Positions 28,233 through 41,831 of a DNA stretch of 64,000 nucleotides are shown one piece after another. The notes under the pieces were generated by a model. That model was given only the letters and a program-made list of their open reading frames with translations, was not told the DNA's origin and ran no database searches. Position 1 is the stretch's first letter. Each line of letters starts with the position of its first letter. This DNA is from Octopus sinensis (taxonomy: Eukaryota), in assembly GCF_006345805.1 (NCBI RefSeq), contig NC_043004.1, positions 36,642,001 to 36,706,000 on the forward strand, read 5' to 3'. A program made the translations under genes and the position numbers.

Positions 28233-29498
28233 GTATATATATATATATATTATGTAATTGCATGTTTATGTCTGCTACGATCATGCTCACGTGCATTTTT
28301 GCTCAAAAACTAATGCTAGATTCAGAAAAAAAAAATCATTTCTGTCTGTTGGAGCAACATAATTGCCTCTCCTCTTAAAATTTAAAGAAAATTCTTCTAA
28401 TTATTCAGGATACCGATGTGAAGTTTGGTATGCTACCTGGTAATATTGTTCTGATAATTTAATGATTTTTATTGACCATGTAGTTTTTCTATTTTGATAG
28501 AGTAGAGAATCTTTTTAAAAGGTCGATAATTTTTTAAGGGGGACCAAATTTGTAAGAGATGCATAACATTTTTAGTGGGTGCAAATATTTTGAGGGATGG
28601 GGGCAAAAAGACAATTTTAGTAGGAGTAGAAAATTGTTTAAGCAATTCAAGATTTTTATAGGGTTCAAAAAGCATTTTAATAGCGAGATAAATTTCTACA
28701 AATTGTAAAAATTGTTCTTGTAGAAAAACAATTTTATTAGGATTAGAAAAATTTTTGCAGGGGCCTGAAAATATTCGAATTTTTATTTAAAATTTGTCGA
28801 AAGAAATAATACATTGATATTAAAGTTATTGATTTGTGTGTAGGTTATTGTTTTATACTAATTATATGCACAAGTTTTACTGCTTTTATAAAGTTAGGAA
28901 TTCAAATTAAATCGATTTCGTAGTATACTTTTATTTATTTTCTAGCATAGTTTTCGTTTATTCTCGTTGCATGATTTACTTTATTATGTAAATAAATTCT
29001 ATATTTTTAAATATGAATAAATTCGTTCTGTGTAAAGTCTAGTTTAATTTTAAAGCAGTAAAATGACAATCTATGTTAAATTTCAAATTCTCTATATTCT
29101 TTCTCAATAAAATACAACGATCCAGTACACATATTTGTAATCACATGTAGCTGTCCTCTTATGAATTCGACAACATGTCGTAATACAGAAAGCTTTAAGA
29201 CCAAAGCCAGATTTGTAATTTGAAGATCAGATTAAATGTTTTAAACCTTTCTATTGTTTTAACCATGGTAGCTAGAAACAGAAGATTCTGGATTTTACAA
29301 ACTTCTATGGACTCTCAATAAATTCCCAAATAAATATATATACATATATATATATACATATATACACATATATATATACATGCATATGTGTATGCATTTG
29401 TGTAAGTATGTATATGTGCGTGTGTGTATATATGTATACATAATGTACACATATATAACCCTTATATATAGGTGTGTGTGTATGTTTGAATATAAATG

Positions 29499-29558
<60 letters not shown>

Positions 29559-29989
29559 TTTTATCAGCTTTAAGCTTGCAAAATAATATTATAATTTACA
29601 GATCTATAAAAATCGATGCTGCTCATCAAAAACCATCGCAGAAATATATATATATATATATATATATAAACACAGATATGACAGTGGAAAAACAAATGTT
29701 ATGTAATGGACTTCATTATCTTACGGCTGTTTCTGCTATAGGACGTGGACTCTTAGTTGAGTACCTGGATAACATCCAGTAGCTTTATCAGAGCCTTGAA
29801 TATGAAGTGCGTTCTATGTTGTGGGCATGGTACATTTTCAGAACGAACATACATACATACATATATACATACATACACACACACACACACATACACGTAC
29901 ATACATACATACATACATACATACAAACATACATACATACATACATACCTATATACACACATACATACATACATACATACATACATACA

Positions 29990-30048
<59 letters not shown>

Positions 30049-30759
30049 CCGAAATCACTTCATCTCTTGACATTATAAGATCTCAGTCTCATAGTATGAA
30101 AGATAATATGGTAATATTGAAATAAAAAGATTAAATACATTCACGGCCTGAATGCTTATTTGTAAGAATAGCTGTTTTCTAGGTTCGCAGGCGCGCGCAC
30201 ACACACACACACACACACATGCACATGCATTAGAAACTGGATATTTTATCGTTTGGCCGACAGTTATCTGTCTTGGGCTACCCATCCTTAATTTAACGCA
30301 CTCCATCATCTGATGCAGGAACAAAGGATATACACTTGAGACCTACAAAAGTAGTAACTCTGTTCATCCATATATTTAGCAACTGTGTCGTTATTTTGGA
30401 GTGTTTTCCTCAACTGGGCAGTTTTTTTTTCTTAGATAGACATTGTCTCAGTTAAGGTAGGTAAGTCTTTATACGCTCCATGATATTAAATACATGACCA
30501 ATTTCTCAGAAATTGTTCACAATTCAGTGATGTAGTTTACCACTTTCAAATCCTTGATTGATTCAAAGAGAGTTATATTAGCCATAAGAACAATAAGGTA
30601 AATGTCTTCATCATTTACATGATAACAATTTAATGCAGTGTAAACAGTAATAAACGTTCTACTTAACAGTAATTGCGAATTTGAATCGATATGATATTCA
30701 GGTGACAACAATAAATAAATCAATAAAATAAAAGGAAATAAAGGTTTCGAAGTACATAC

Positions 30760-30802
30760 TGTTCAGAGGAGCTGTTGTTTTGGCAAAGGACTTTTGGATA
30801 GC
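30760..30802 (-). CDS. RPTP-like exon 11 seen; short juxtamembrane exon
   Basis: tttttatttcag / A|gtatgt; 43 nt, phase 0 to 1; AIQKSFAKTTAPLN. Its phases bridge exon 10 and the TM exon exactly. Confidence 0.75.
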
Positions 30803-32340
30803 CTGAAATAAAAAGAGAGAAAATGTATTTTTTTATATAATAATGTCAACAATGTTCTGTGTTCCTAATATTGAGTTCTACTAACTATTTTTGGAGAAGG
30901 AAAGTAGGATGCTTCGATATTTAATGTTACTCAGCGAGGATCGTCAACGCAGTTAAACTGAAAATGGTTTTCGCAGTGAATAGAAAATGCGCTTTGCCAT
31001 GTCGGTCAACACGTTTGCATTTCTGATTGTACACCATAATAAGTTTGAAAGTTATGGAACGATGTTCCTTAAGATATTTAGTTATTTTGCATTCTGTATT
31101 AAAACGTGGAAAGATTATGTAGTAAAGCATCAGAGTTCTGTTGATCGACCTTAGAATTTCTCAAAAATACGTTGGTCTTGGGTTAATGTTAAAAATCATT
31201 ATGGTGGCGGAAATATATGTAGTACAGCCTGGTCAGAGAAATGGCAAAATGCCACACTGTCTTGCATTATGGCTTTACATTGTGTGTACAAAAGTTCGAT
31301 TTTGCCTCTTTTTCCAATCTTGACAGAAGTGTTTAATAGTAACAGTCTGTCATCAATGAATCTCTTCCACTCCTCCACACATTAACTTCCTGCCTTTTCC
31401 AAAGAAAATAGTATTATTTTTGTTGTGCAGTCAATGAAATGTGAAACAAAAAATGTTCGTTTCATTTGACACAAAGAATTTTAACTCTAGCAAAATAGAT
31501 CATGTAATAATGAAATATAGATTTTATATTAAATTTATTACGGAAACAAAGATGAACGGAGAGGAAAAATTATGAAAAATATAATGAAAAAATTGAAACT
31601 TAAAAGTGAACTTAAATGGAATCAAAAATATAAATTGAAAAATGAAGTTGTTTTGTCAATATAAAAATACAAATAAAACATGAAATTTAGAAAAAATGTA
31701 GAAAATAAAATTACTTTGAAAACAAATGTTATTTGAATCAAAAGTGGAAAGAAAACGAAATGAAAATGGGCAATTTCCAAATGTCCATTAGTATGATAAT
31801 AAAGTGGAATTATTCAGAAACAACGGAAAACTGATTTGACCAGGAACATTTCTATAAAGAATATTGGTTTTACCACTTATACAGAAATTAATTGAAAAAT
31901 TACTCTTTTAAACTCAGTTCTAGAAAATTGCGTACATATATATGTACACATGTATGTATATATAGTTTGTGCATGTAAGCAAGGGTGTTTTCCTACCCAG
32001 TTCCTCACAACCCCTGTTAAACAATAACTTTCTGCACTTCATATAGTTCGTCTTTAACGCTTGGTCCTGAGCTGCGCATGTGAATGATTCTGCTGTCTAT
32101 CTTCAATTCAATCCTCCACATCCATAACCACCGATCCTCTGTATCTGTTTTGGAGTTCACATCTCTCGTAAACACACCGTACATTTTCTTTTCTTTGTCA
32201 TTTCTCTTTTCTTGTTTAAATTTTTCTTTAGATACACAATTTTCAATTTTAGTGACCTCCGGCCTTCTTCGTGCGTTTCAACATCCAGTTTTTATGACGC
32301 CAGACTAATATTCTGCTTCTTCTTCTTCTTCTTCTTCTTC

Positions 32341-32502
32341 TTATTATTATTATTATTATTATTATTATCATTATTATTATATATGTTTGACTTTTGCTTT
32401 GTATTTGTACAAGTTGGCTCCAAGTCTCATCCAGAGACCTCAAAAGACAAGTTAGAAGTGCATGTATTATTATTGTTATTATTGTTATAGTTATTATTAT
32501 TA

Positions 32503-32537
<35 letters not shown>

Positions 32538-32658
32538 CATTATTATTATATATGTTTGACTTTTGCTTTGTATTTGTACAAGTTGGCTCCAAGTCTCATC
32601 CAGAGACCTCAAAAGACAAGTTAGAAGTGCATGTATTATTATTGTTATTATTGTTATA

Positions 32659-32697
<39 letters not shown>

Positions 32698-32698
32698 G
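32341..32698. repeat. Tandem duplication, 169-bp period
   Basis: atatgtttgacttttgctttgtatttgtacaagttggctcc...gcatgtattattattgttattattgttatag starts at 32381 and 32550, separated by (TTA)n. Confidence 0.9.
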
Positions 32699-32699
32699 C

Positions 32700-33720
32700 A
32701 TTTACACCGCTTCTAACGCTGGAAATATACTACGGTGTCAGCTGTTGACTACCAGGGAACTAAAGTAACACCCATTATTTTTCGAGCACCTTCCGGAATA
32801 TTCGAGCGGTTCCAAGCAGTGCTGTTTTGTGCAAGTGCTCCACTCTTATGGCAGCCTCTATTGGTTCCATGTATTTCTCAAGATTTTTACTCACTGTTCC
32901 CCGGCTCCGACAATTATTAGTACTGCTACCTTTTTCATCGACCACAACTGCTAAACTTCCCAAGCTAACCTGTCATATCTCTCAACTTTTCTTTCATCCT
33001 TATCGCATACCTTGTTGTCAGCTGGACATGCTATGTCTATGATCCAGCATAGTTTACTTTCTTTCTGAATTAAGACTGTCTGGTTTCGTAGTCTCTATCT
33101 CATGGTTACACTGAATCATAAAATCACACAGGATCTTTGCATTATCGTTTTCTATGATGCCTTCGGGTTTATGGTCGTACCAATTTTTTGCTCTGTCAAG
33201 TTCATATTTGTTGCAAAATGTCCAATGGACAACCCTTGCTATATTGTCGTGGCACCTCTTATATTCCTTTTGGGCTAGTGGTGTACATTGACTGGTAATA
33301 TGCCATACGGTTTCACCATTTTGTCCACAGATTCTGCACTTATCACTTCCTGGTGTGTTGTCTATTCTGTATTTTATGTAGTTTATTCTTAGTGCTTGCT
33401 CTTGGGAAGCACAGAGAGTCTCAGTTTCCGGTTTTAAATCGCTTTTAGTCATCAATAGCCACCTTTTTTCTCTATCTTATCTTCAACACCCCTATGAAAT
33501 TGTCCATGAATTATTTTCTTTACCCACCTATTCTTCTTCTTATTATTATTATTTTCATATACACTCAACAGATTAGACTGTTGGAATAGAAAAGAATTCT
33601 AATACCGGGCTACAAGTAGCGTTAGATGCCATGAGTCTTCTTATTGGGTTACACAATTTTAAAGCACCCGACTCCTCTACTTACAGTTCAATGGACGGAC
33701 TATTGATTCTTTGGCTGGTT
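32700..33720 (-). mobile_element. 3' fragment of an RLE-endonuclease non-LTR retrotransposon (R4/Dong-like), decayed
   Basis: KSDLKPETE..ASQEQALR.NY.K..ID..KCRICG..ETV.HI.S.C (CCHC), KRxHDN.AR.VHW, KPD motif, C-terminus HKTALLGTARIFRKVL*; (TAA)n tail; frameshifts. Confidence 0.85.
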
Positions 33721-33841
33721 TACTAATATTCTATGAAGATGAACATTCACAACTGTTTCACATGAGTTAATTCATGGAAATACCCCTCACTAGAAAGATA
33801 GAGAAACATTTATAGCATTTTATTTCATAAAACTGTCTTAC

Positions 33842-34112
33842 CCCATCCACTGTTGAGAATGCTCCAAACCATATATTATAGGCATAGTCCGGTTGTAGAG
33901 GACCGTTGAAGTAGTTACTGTAGGTCAAGTTATCCCCGATCATGAATGGGCTTCGAACATTGGAGGGTGGGAATTGGGCAGTGACATAACAGTTGTCGTT
34001 AGAATTGAGAGCAGAGTAATAGTCCGCAGTTACATCGGCAATTTTAGCTGGCAAAGAACGTTTCTTTCTGCCATGATCGTTAGTAATTCTCTCCACTATC
34101 AAACGATAGAAA
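33842..34112 (-). CDS. RPTP-like exon 10 seen; membrane-proximal FN3-like domain with RKKR site
   Basis: tttcttgcag / GGG|gtaaga; 271 nt, phase 2 to 0; FYRLIVERITNDHGRKKRSLPAK...CYVTAQFPPSNVRSPFMIGDNLTYSNYFNGPLQPDYAYNIWFGAFSTVDG. Matches the R2B/LAR-type YxAAEF..F.IGD..TY.GY.N.PL.P...Y.I motif. Confidence 0.92.
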
Positions 34113-34410
34113 CTGCAAGAAATAACAAATAAGACACAATTGATTCCAAGAAGATTACAGAATGTTCAGTTGTGCATTCAATATTGAGAGTAATATATAT
34201 TGATACGAACATGGTATTTAAAATCGAGTTAAAGTTATATTTCTTTACCAACATATTTTCTTCTGAAAATAATTTAGTCAGCCGAATTTCAACACACAGG
34301 AATAATAATGGTATCTAAAACTGATATGTCTGTCTTTAAAGTTTCCAGCAACCACAAATTCAAACTTTACGTATATACATATAAATATAAATATAATTAT
34401 CAATATTTAC

Positions 34411-34501
34411 CTTATGTCTTTATCATATCGAGGTTTCAATTCAACGGTCACTGAATTGTCGGAGTGATTTATTATCTTGGGATTGTGTGGTGTGAGTGGG
34501 G
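34411..34501 (-). CDS. RPTP-like exon 9 seen; membrane-proximal FN3-like domain start
   Basis: tcaatttcag / AG|gtaaat; 91 nt, phase 1 to 2; (A)PLTPHNPKIINHSDNSVTVELKPRYDKDI(S). Confidence 0.85.
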
Positions 34502-35212
34502 CTGAAATTGAAAATCATTCAAAGAAATAAATACAGACGCAGAAAACTAAAGAAACGTTGCTTCATCAAACCAGCAACATATAGTTTAAGTAAAAATAGG
34601 ATCTTTATGTAGATAGTATTGGTTTACAGAAAGAAATTAATACGGAATTCTAGTGTTTGCATCGAGATGTAAACGATGTATTAAATTATGAAAGAATTGC
34701 CGAACGCTTCATTGTAAAGCAATATGATTTTAAATGGAAGAAATTTCAGATTTGAAAAATGCCAAAACATTCGTGTCCATACGTGTATCTACCGAGAGAC
34801 TGTGGTACATTCCAGCAAATGAGATTTTATATTTACTAAATGTTGTTTCATTCATTAATTATTCCTCTGTAGCATCATCGTCGTCATAATACTTTAATCT
34901 CCATTTTGCCCTGTTCACATAAATTGGACGAAGTTTATTGAAGTAGATTTTCTGTGGCCAGGGGCTTATCCAGTCGCCAACTATCAGATGTTTCTAAGCA
35001 GCGTAATATTTCCCCCTGGACTAGACATGGTCTTACAGAAAATCTCAGAAACGAATTAAACCGCTTTTATAACAGTAACGTTCATTTACAACGATTACAC
35101 ATTGCCAAGACGACACCGAAACACATACGGACCTACACTTACATACACATACAAGTGTACATGCACACACACATACAGATACATACAACACACATATATG
35201 TATATAACTTTT

Positions 35213-35545
35213 ATCTTCTTTCTTGTTTCAGTCATTGAACTGTGGCCATAATGGAGCAACAGCTTCAAGGATTTACTGGAACAAATCGACTCTAGTACTA
35301 ATTTTCTCAGTTTGTTACCTATTTTATAGATCTCTTTCCCGAAGTGCTAAATTACAAAGATGGAAACAAACCATCATCGGTCCTCAAGCACTGAGGCTCA
35401 AACACAGAAACACACACGCATACATATATATTCGACCGGCTTAAGCACACTCTCCGCCTGTTAAATTCAACCGTAGGGTAGTGGTCGACCATGGCCTAGA
35501 GAAGAATCACTTGCCAAGGGTACCGCAGAATGGAACTGAACTGGA
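35213..35545 (-). mobile_element. Older diverged copy of the same SINE family
   Basis: ttcttgtttcagtcattgaactgtggccataatggagcaac...cacttgccaaggg...gaactgaactggaaacca; many substitutions. Confidence 0.65.
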
Positions 35546-35807
35546 AACCACTTCAACACAACCAGTTTTACTAAAAATGTGATGACGTCATCAACTAACT
35601 AACACTCATTATGTTGGGCTATGAAAATATCGACAATTCTCAAGAACTACAGAATTTGCTTGGAGTAAATTTCAAACACGATCCTGAAGGATTTGTAATC
35701 CTTCAAAATATCCTCATACCGCGGTATGGATAAAAAACATTCTAGAAATATTTTCTCTGCAAAGGGTGAATAATTCACGAAGAAGTAAATCAAAAGACAA
35801 ACGATAC

Positions 35808-36003
35808 CTTTTCCTTTAGTCCATACAATTAACTGTCGCCGTTGTCCACTTCCTTTACTCGTACTGGCATTAATACTACAGTCGTACTCAGTCGCTGGAT
35901 GCAAATTTTCTACCGTTTGAGTAAACACTTTTGAAGGGATCTTAAAGACACCTCCGGAATATGGTTTATTCTTCACCATACTGTCAGCAGAATGGCAGGA
36001 GAG
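35808..36003 (-). CDS. RPTP-like exon 8 seen; FN3 domain 4 remainder
   Basis: tgtttcgtag / G|gtatcg; 196 nt, phase 0 to 1; LSCHSADSMVKNKPYSGGVFKIPSKVFTQTVENLHPATEYDCSINASTSKGSGQRRQLIVWTKGK. Confidence 0.88.
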
Positions 36004-36556
36004 CTACGAAACAATAACCAAATAAGCTATTAATATCGGCTAATTTTATATTAACAGATAAAATGTTTAGTTGAGATCAATTTGCATCATTTATGAGACA
36101 TATGTAGTATTGAACATTTATGTTGAAGCTAATTTAGGTGGAAAGAGGCAAAGAAAAAATGAAACAGAAATGAACAGAAAATCAGCAACTGAGAAACGAA
36201 ATACATTGTTTTATTTTTAAAACATTAGGAAACTTTTAAATGATAAAGAACTTTATGATAAAATTGTTCGAGATCCAATTGGGTTTCGTTTTAGTTAAAT
36301 ATGATAAAATTTAAGAATCACGTTGTTTATTTTTATCAAATTTTATTCAAAGCATTGTCAATGGAGCTTCAAATTGATATTGAAAAGAAAAACAGAGTTG
36401 TTTTCGTATCTTATGAATCCAGATCATCTGATACACAGACAATAGCTTCGAGATTCTTTACACATGCAATGTCTCATGAGATATGATGCATATTCAATAC
36501 AAAATGGTGAGTAAATAGTCGCGTTAAACAGCAAATAGAAACAGCACAAAACCTAC

Positions 36557-36663
36557 CATGAAGAATAGAATATTTCCATTGGGGTGCGGTGGTTCACTCC
36601 ACTGAAGTGTAATGGAATTGAATGTTCTACTTATATTCTTGAACATTCCTACCGGGCCGGGTA
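36557..36663 (-). CDS. RPTP-like exon 7 seen; FN3 domain 4 start
   Basis: tattttccag / ATG|gtaggt; 107 nt, phase 1 to 0; (L)PGPVGMFKNISRTFNSITLQWSEPPHPNGNILFFM. Confidence 0.88.
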
Positions 36664-39600
36664 CTGGAAAATATTTTCAAGTAGTCTTATAGAGAATTGC
36701 AAAATATATAGACAAACACAAATTGACAATATAACAACAGAATCAAGCATACTTTTAGAAAAGAACTCAATAAACAACTCAATGAATGAAACATTTTGCT
36801 ATTTCTAAAATATGCAATTATGAATAATAGATTTTTTTTTAAATCTCATTTATAGGATATTCTGTCATCATTGAATGGAGAAACTATTTAAATACCGTGA
36901 AATGGAACCCAGCAACATGCACTTATTTATACAACAAATATTTATACATAGCACTTTAACAATTAATCTCCATAGAAATATATGTTTACAGAATATATTT
37001 ATAAATATATTATTACGTAAATATATTGAAGAATTTTGCTATAGAAAGTTAACCTGATACTCGTTTCGCTGAGACTTTGTAGGTACTTCACTGTAAATAG
37101 GTAAAGACAATTGCAAGTGAAGAGTTTTCCTGAATAGGTGTTAGATTACAAGAATAACTGAGAAGGTAAATGTAAATACCAACTATAAAAATATTCACTT
37201 CTTTTTTCATCACAATAAACTGTTAGTGTTAATACATTTGCGTACGGATGAGTGAACCGACTTTGTGAATAACCGAGCATAAACTATATCCAGAACAGCT
37301 TATCAGTTTATCTGATGATACACTGTTTGCATTGCTGCCTTCGTTTACATTGAAGATCTCTTCCTATTCCATTTACTACTATGTATTGACTTAGCAGAAT
37401 CGTTGGAGTTTCAGAGAAACTGCCTTGTGATATTTACCGATGAAACTTTACTTTTTTTATATTTTAGAAATGTATATTAATCTGTATAAAATTACGTGGT
37501 TTACTTTCTAAGTTACATTAAAAACATTTGTTCAAAATGACATATTTATCAAATCATATGTTATCATATCTCAAATGAAGGATATATTATAGAATAAGTA
37601 AAGGCTTTCACTTTATAATCAATTGCTTACTATTATTTTTTAGTCCCTTAGATAATTGAAATATTAGCCTCAATCAGTAATGGATAGTTATCAGATTTGC
37701 ATCACTGATAATGTAGATCCGGCTGAACGGCGCAGCAGCCTGAATGTTTGTTGATAGATTTGGCATCCTAAAATATCGTACTATTTGGAAACAAAATTTA
37801 AATAGCTGCATAAAAACATCAATGTTAGTTTCATACAGATGAGCTTTGCAGAAAAAGCTAGATATATGCTTCCTCCTGATAAACCCAATACAAATTCCTG
37901 TCTCAGTTCCAGATTAAGGAATATGACATAAATAAAACCATTAGAAATTGCTTTACTCTGATATCTGCTTCATTTTCGAAAAAGATATTACATTTATGTG
38001 TAACAATTTTATATATTCAGTAAAATACGTGGAACTATATTTAGAATAGGAGATTTTCTCCAAAATCTAAGAAGTCTAAGATGAACTGTCAACATGGTTC
38101 AGCATCCAAACTAAGGACAATGATGCGTTATGTGGGAATATAAATCAAACTCCGATGTGTCAAGGTTTTAATTCTCTGATCCTTTTAACGTAAATTTTGA
38201 ATTCTTATTCTAAACAGGGGATCATCAAATGCAATGATTTCGGTCATTAACAAGTTTTGTATTTGGCACTTGTAACCTGAGGATTAATTAGAACTGTATC
38301 ATTAATTACAACTATATTATGGGGATTAACTGCTTCTATATCTTGAAAATTAAATACATCTTTATCCTGGGGGTTAAGAACTACCATATCCTGAAGAGTA
38401 ATTATAATCATATCCTGAAAATAAACTACGGCTGAATCCTGATGGTTAGTACAACTAGACACTGAAGATGTTTCATCAGATCGATGATGGTAAAATATCA
38501 CAACAAAGTGATACAAAAATAGAAATGAGTGAGAATGGAGTACGAAAACTGAAATAAATTAACAGCCAATAAATTTATGGCACAAATAAGCATCAAATGA
38601 ATGTCTTTAAACGCTTCAATTATCCTTAGACATTAACATCTATGACATTTTTGCTGTTTGTTAGGCTATTTTATTCTTTTCATAATGTACGATATATCAC
38701 ATTTTCACTTGTTGGAATGTTTTCTGCAAGAAATGCGCGTATTCTGTAACGGTAAAACTATTTGTCTTTATTATTTATATCGTTAAGTCTCGCATGTGGC
38801 TCGTTGTCATGGTATGTAATCAAAAGGACTAAAATAAATACAAGTGTGAATAAATCAATTATTCGAGTCATCTCGTACAAATGGAAATAAAGATAAAAGC
38901 ATTTTTGGAAGCTGCTTGTCCAAAGTTTTAACATTTTTTAATATGTGAATACTTGGAGTATTGACGACAACTGAAGAAGTTAAACAAATTAGATGAGTTC
39001 TTTATAAGCATAACTAATAATTCGATGCCTGACGGATATGCTATAACTGTTCAATATAAAACTATATTTAGGGTTTCATTTCACGACATTGAGGTTTTGT
39101 AATATTCAGAATGTTAGAAAGTTTTGAGCACAAAAAAACAGCACAGGATGAACTACATTACAATATATTAAATATCTATACCGTATAACAAAATGGAAAC
39201 ATGCAAATTAACATTATCTATAATATATAATGTTTATAATTGATATAAACACACATTTTACCTATTTTGGTTATGATATCATTTTTGAAAATCTTAAATT
39301 TTATTTTTTATACATCATAACAATAGTTTAAAAATAAAATTTCCTCTGTATAACATCTTAGGTTTCTTAGCGTCTTTCCCCCTTTAACTGGTAATTAACA
39401 TCATGATTTAAAGTTTTCCCCTACCCAGCCTCTTTTTTAGACAATTACTTTATATCCAATTGACTATCTTAATGTCTTCTTTCCTCCCTGACGAAAAGGG
39501 GATACGTATCATAATATTTATGACCATACCTAGCCATTGGCTGTCAACTCTTGTCCTTTATTCAAAATACACAATCATCTAGTCTTAGATTTAGTAGTTG

Positions 39601-39865
39601 ATAAAGAGACAATTGAATTAGAAATGAATTACAATCCCTTATAACATTATGAGCCCAATAGGCTTCATGCGATTATTGGGAGTGTAGTCTATTCTTAGCT
39701 ACAATAGCGACAACATGAATTTCTTCCATCCTTTTGCTCTGTTAAAGTATTTGAGAAAAATTATATCAATATGCCCAACTGGTAAAAATTCTATTTATTT
39801 TTTGTGCAGCTGAAAATTGCACTGCATTACTACTTGATATTTTGTATGCATGTATATATATACTT

Positions 39866-40285
39866 TTTACTCTTTACTCTTTTACTTGTTTCAGTCATTT
39901 GACTGCGGCCATGCTGGAGCACCGCCTTTTAGTCGAGCAAATCGACCCCAGGACGTATTCTTTGTAAGCCCAGTACTTATTCTATCGGTCTGTTTTGCCG
40001 AACCGCTAAGTGACGGGGACGTAAACACACCAGCATCGGTTGTCAAGCAATGCTAGGGGGACAAACACAGACACACAAACACATATATACACACATATAT
40101 ACACACATATATATATATACATATATACGACAGGCTTCTTTCAGTTTCCGTCTATCAAATCCACTCACAAGGCATTGGTCGGCCCGGCGCTATAGCAGAA
40201 GACACTTGCCCAAGATGCCACGCAGTGGGACTGAACCCGGAACCATGTGGTTGGTTAGCAAGCTACTTACCACACAGCCACTCCT
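39866..40285 (-). mobile_element. Same SINE family, near full length
   Basis: Aligns by eye end to end with 3665-4077. Confidence 0.85.
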
Positions 40286-40293
40286 ATATATAT

Positions 40294-40360
<67 letters not shown>

Positions 40361-40526
40361 AGGAAATGTAAGGGCGTTGAAAGTCCCGTTGCATTGATTC
40401 TCCTATGCTGGCTGACATTTGATTGGATTGATCGAAACACTGTCACATGCTTAAGAATGTTAATAACCTTGTATATAAACAGAAATATGTATTAAAAGTT
40501 TCTAGAAATTAAGACAGTGAACTTAC

Positions 40527-40596
40527 AAGACTGGTCAGTGGTAAAAGAAAGCACTTCTCCGGACTGTCCGATACCGGCACCATTAATTGAACGAAC
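40527..40596 (-). CDS. RPTP-like exon 6 seen; FN3 domain 3 end
   Basis: ttcgatgcag / T|gtaagt; 70 nt, phase 0 to 1; VRSINGAGIGQSGEVLSFTTDQS. Confidence 0.88.
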
Positions 40597-40735
40597 CTGC
40601 ATCGAAAGATTTCGTTGAAAAGTAGTTCTTGATTAGCATGAATAACATTAACATAAGAAACAAATACGGTCTGAATAAAATGTAGAAAAACATTGCCATT
40701 GCATGCACGATGAAATAGGGAAGCTTAAGATATTT

Positions 40736-40770
<35 letters not shown>

Positions 40771-41513
40771 AATTTGTTCACGTAATTGCAAATAGCTAAC
40801 GTTTCATCGCTAGTTTAAGTAGTAATCATATATGTTCTTAATGATCTGAAAAGGAACATTAGCTGGCAGCAGAAGCTATATTGTTTATTCGGGCCTCCAG
40901 GACATCCCACTTTCGATCTCATAACATGAGAAAAGATAGCTAGAGGGTTCAAGATCGAAATGTTTTCAACAGAGCAGCCTGGTTCAACACCACCAGCTGG
41001 TACATGGATGCCTTTAGCGACGGACTCTCAGTTACACGAATTCGGAATAGGTATACAGTTTAAGAATACCCCTTTCTTTCCTGCTTGTTCCGAATTATGA
41101 AAGCCAAGGAAAAACTCCTCTATGCCGACGACACACATATATATGTTTGTGTGTATGTGTACATATAAAGGAGGATGTACTTATATTAGTAGGCGAATAG
41201 TCAATTAGTATATATTAGGGTTGCATAAATTGTATTTAATTGATTTCAGGCGTTGGGGTGTGGCTTTCCCGGGGCACCGATGTCAAAGCTTTTACTGGAT
41301 TATATTGACTACAATACATAGGTCAGCTACTGATTTGGTCAGCTTCTCGCGGGAGAGCGGCAGAAGGACGTGAACGGCACAAAACACTGCTAGGTCTTTG
41401 TGTTCACATTTAATAATAAAACACAGAAAACTGTGAGAAAATGACTACACACACGCAAAGACACACACATACACATATATGGATGGATGCATAGATGGAT
41501 AGACGTGTGTGTA

Positions 41514-41552
<39 letters not shown>

Positions 41553-41610
41553 ATGCAGATATGTATGTGTGTAAGAATGGAGTGCGACGGTGTAAAATAG
41601 AAAACCTTAC

Positions 41611-41831
41611 CTGCAGTTTATAAATCGAGTATGGCTTCAGACCCGTAATAGCGTATTCATTGTAATACCCGGAGGATTCCACCTCATGTCCTATCGCTGT
41701 CGAGCTGATTCCCCAGTACATGATCTGATATTTTGTAATATTACCCCTGGGATTATCCGGTTGTTCCCAGCTTACAACAACTGAAGTACTCAGTCGCTTC
41801 TTTAACATTAAATTCTTTGGTGGTGGTGGTT
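41611..41831 (-). CDS. RPTP-like exon 5 seen; FN3 domain 3
   Basis: tgtgttgcag / CAG|gtaagg; 221 nt, phase 1 to 0; (K)PPPPKNLMLKKRLSTSVVVSWEQPDNPRGNITKYQIMYW...ITGLKPYSIYKLQ; classic WxxP..G.I..Y and GLKPYS.Y motifs. Confidence 0.92.
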
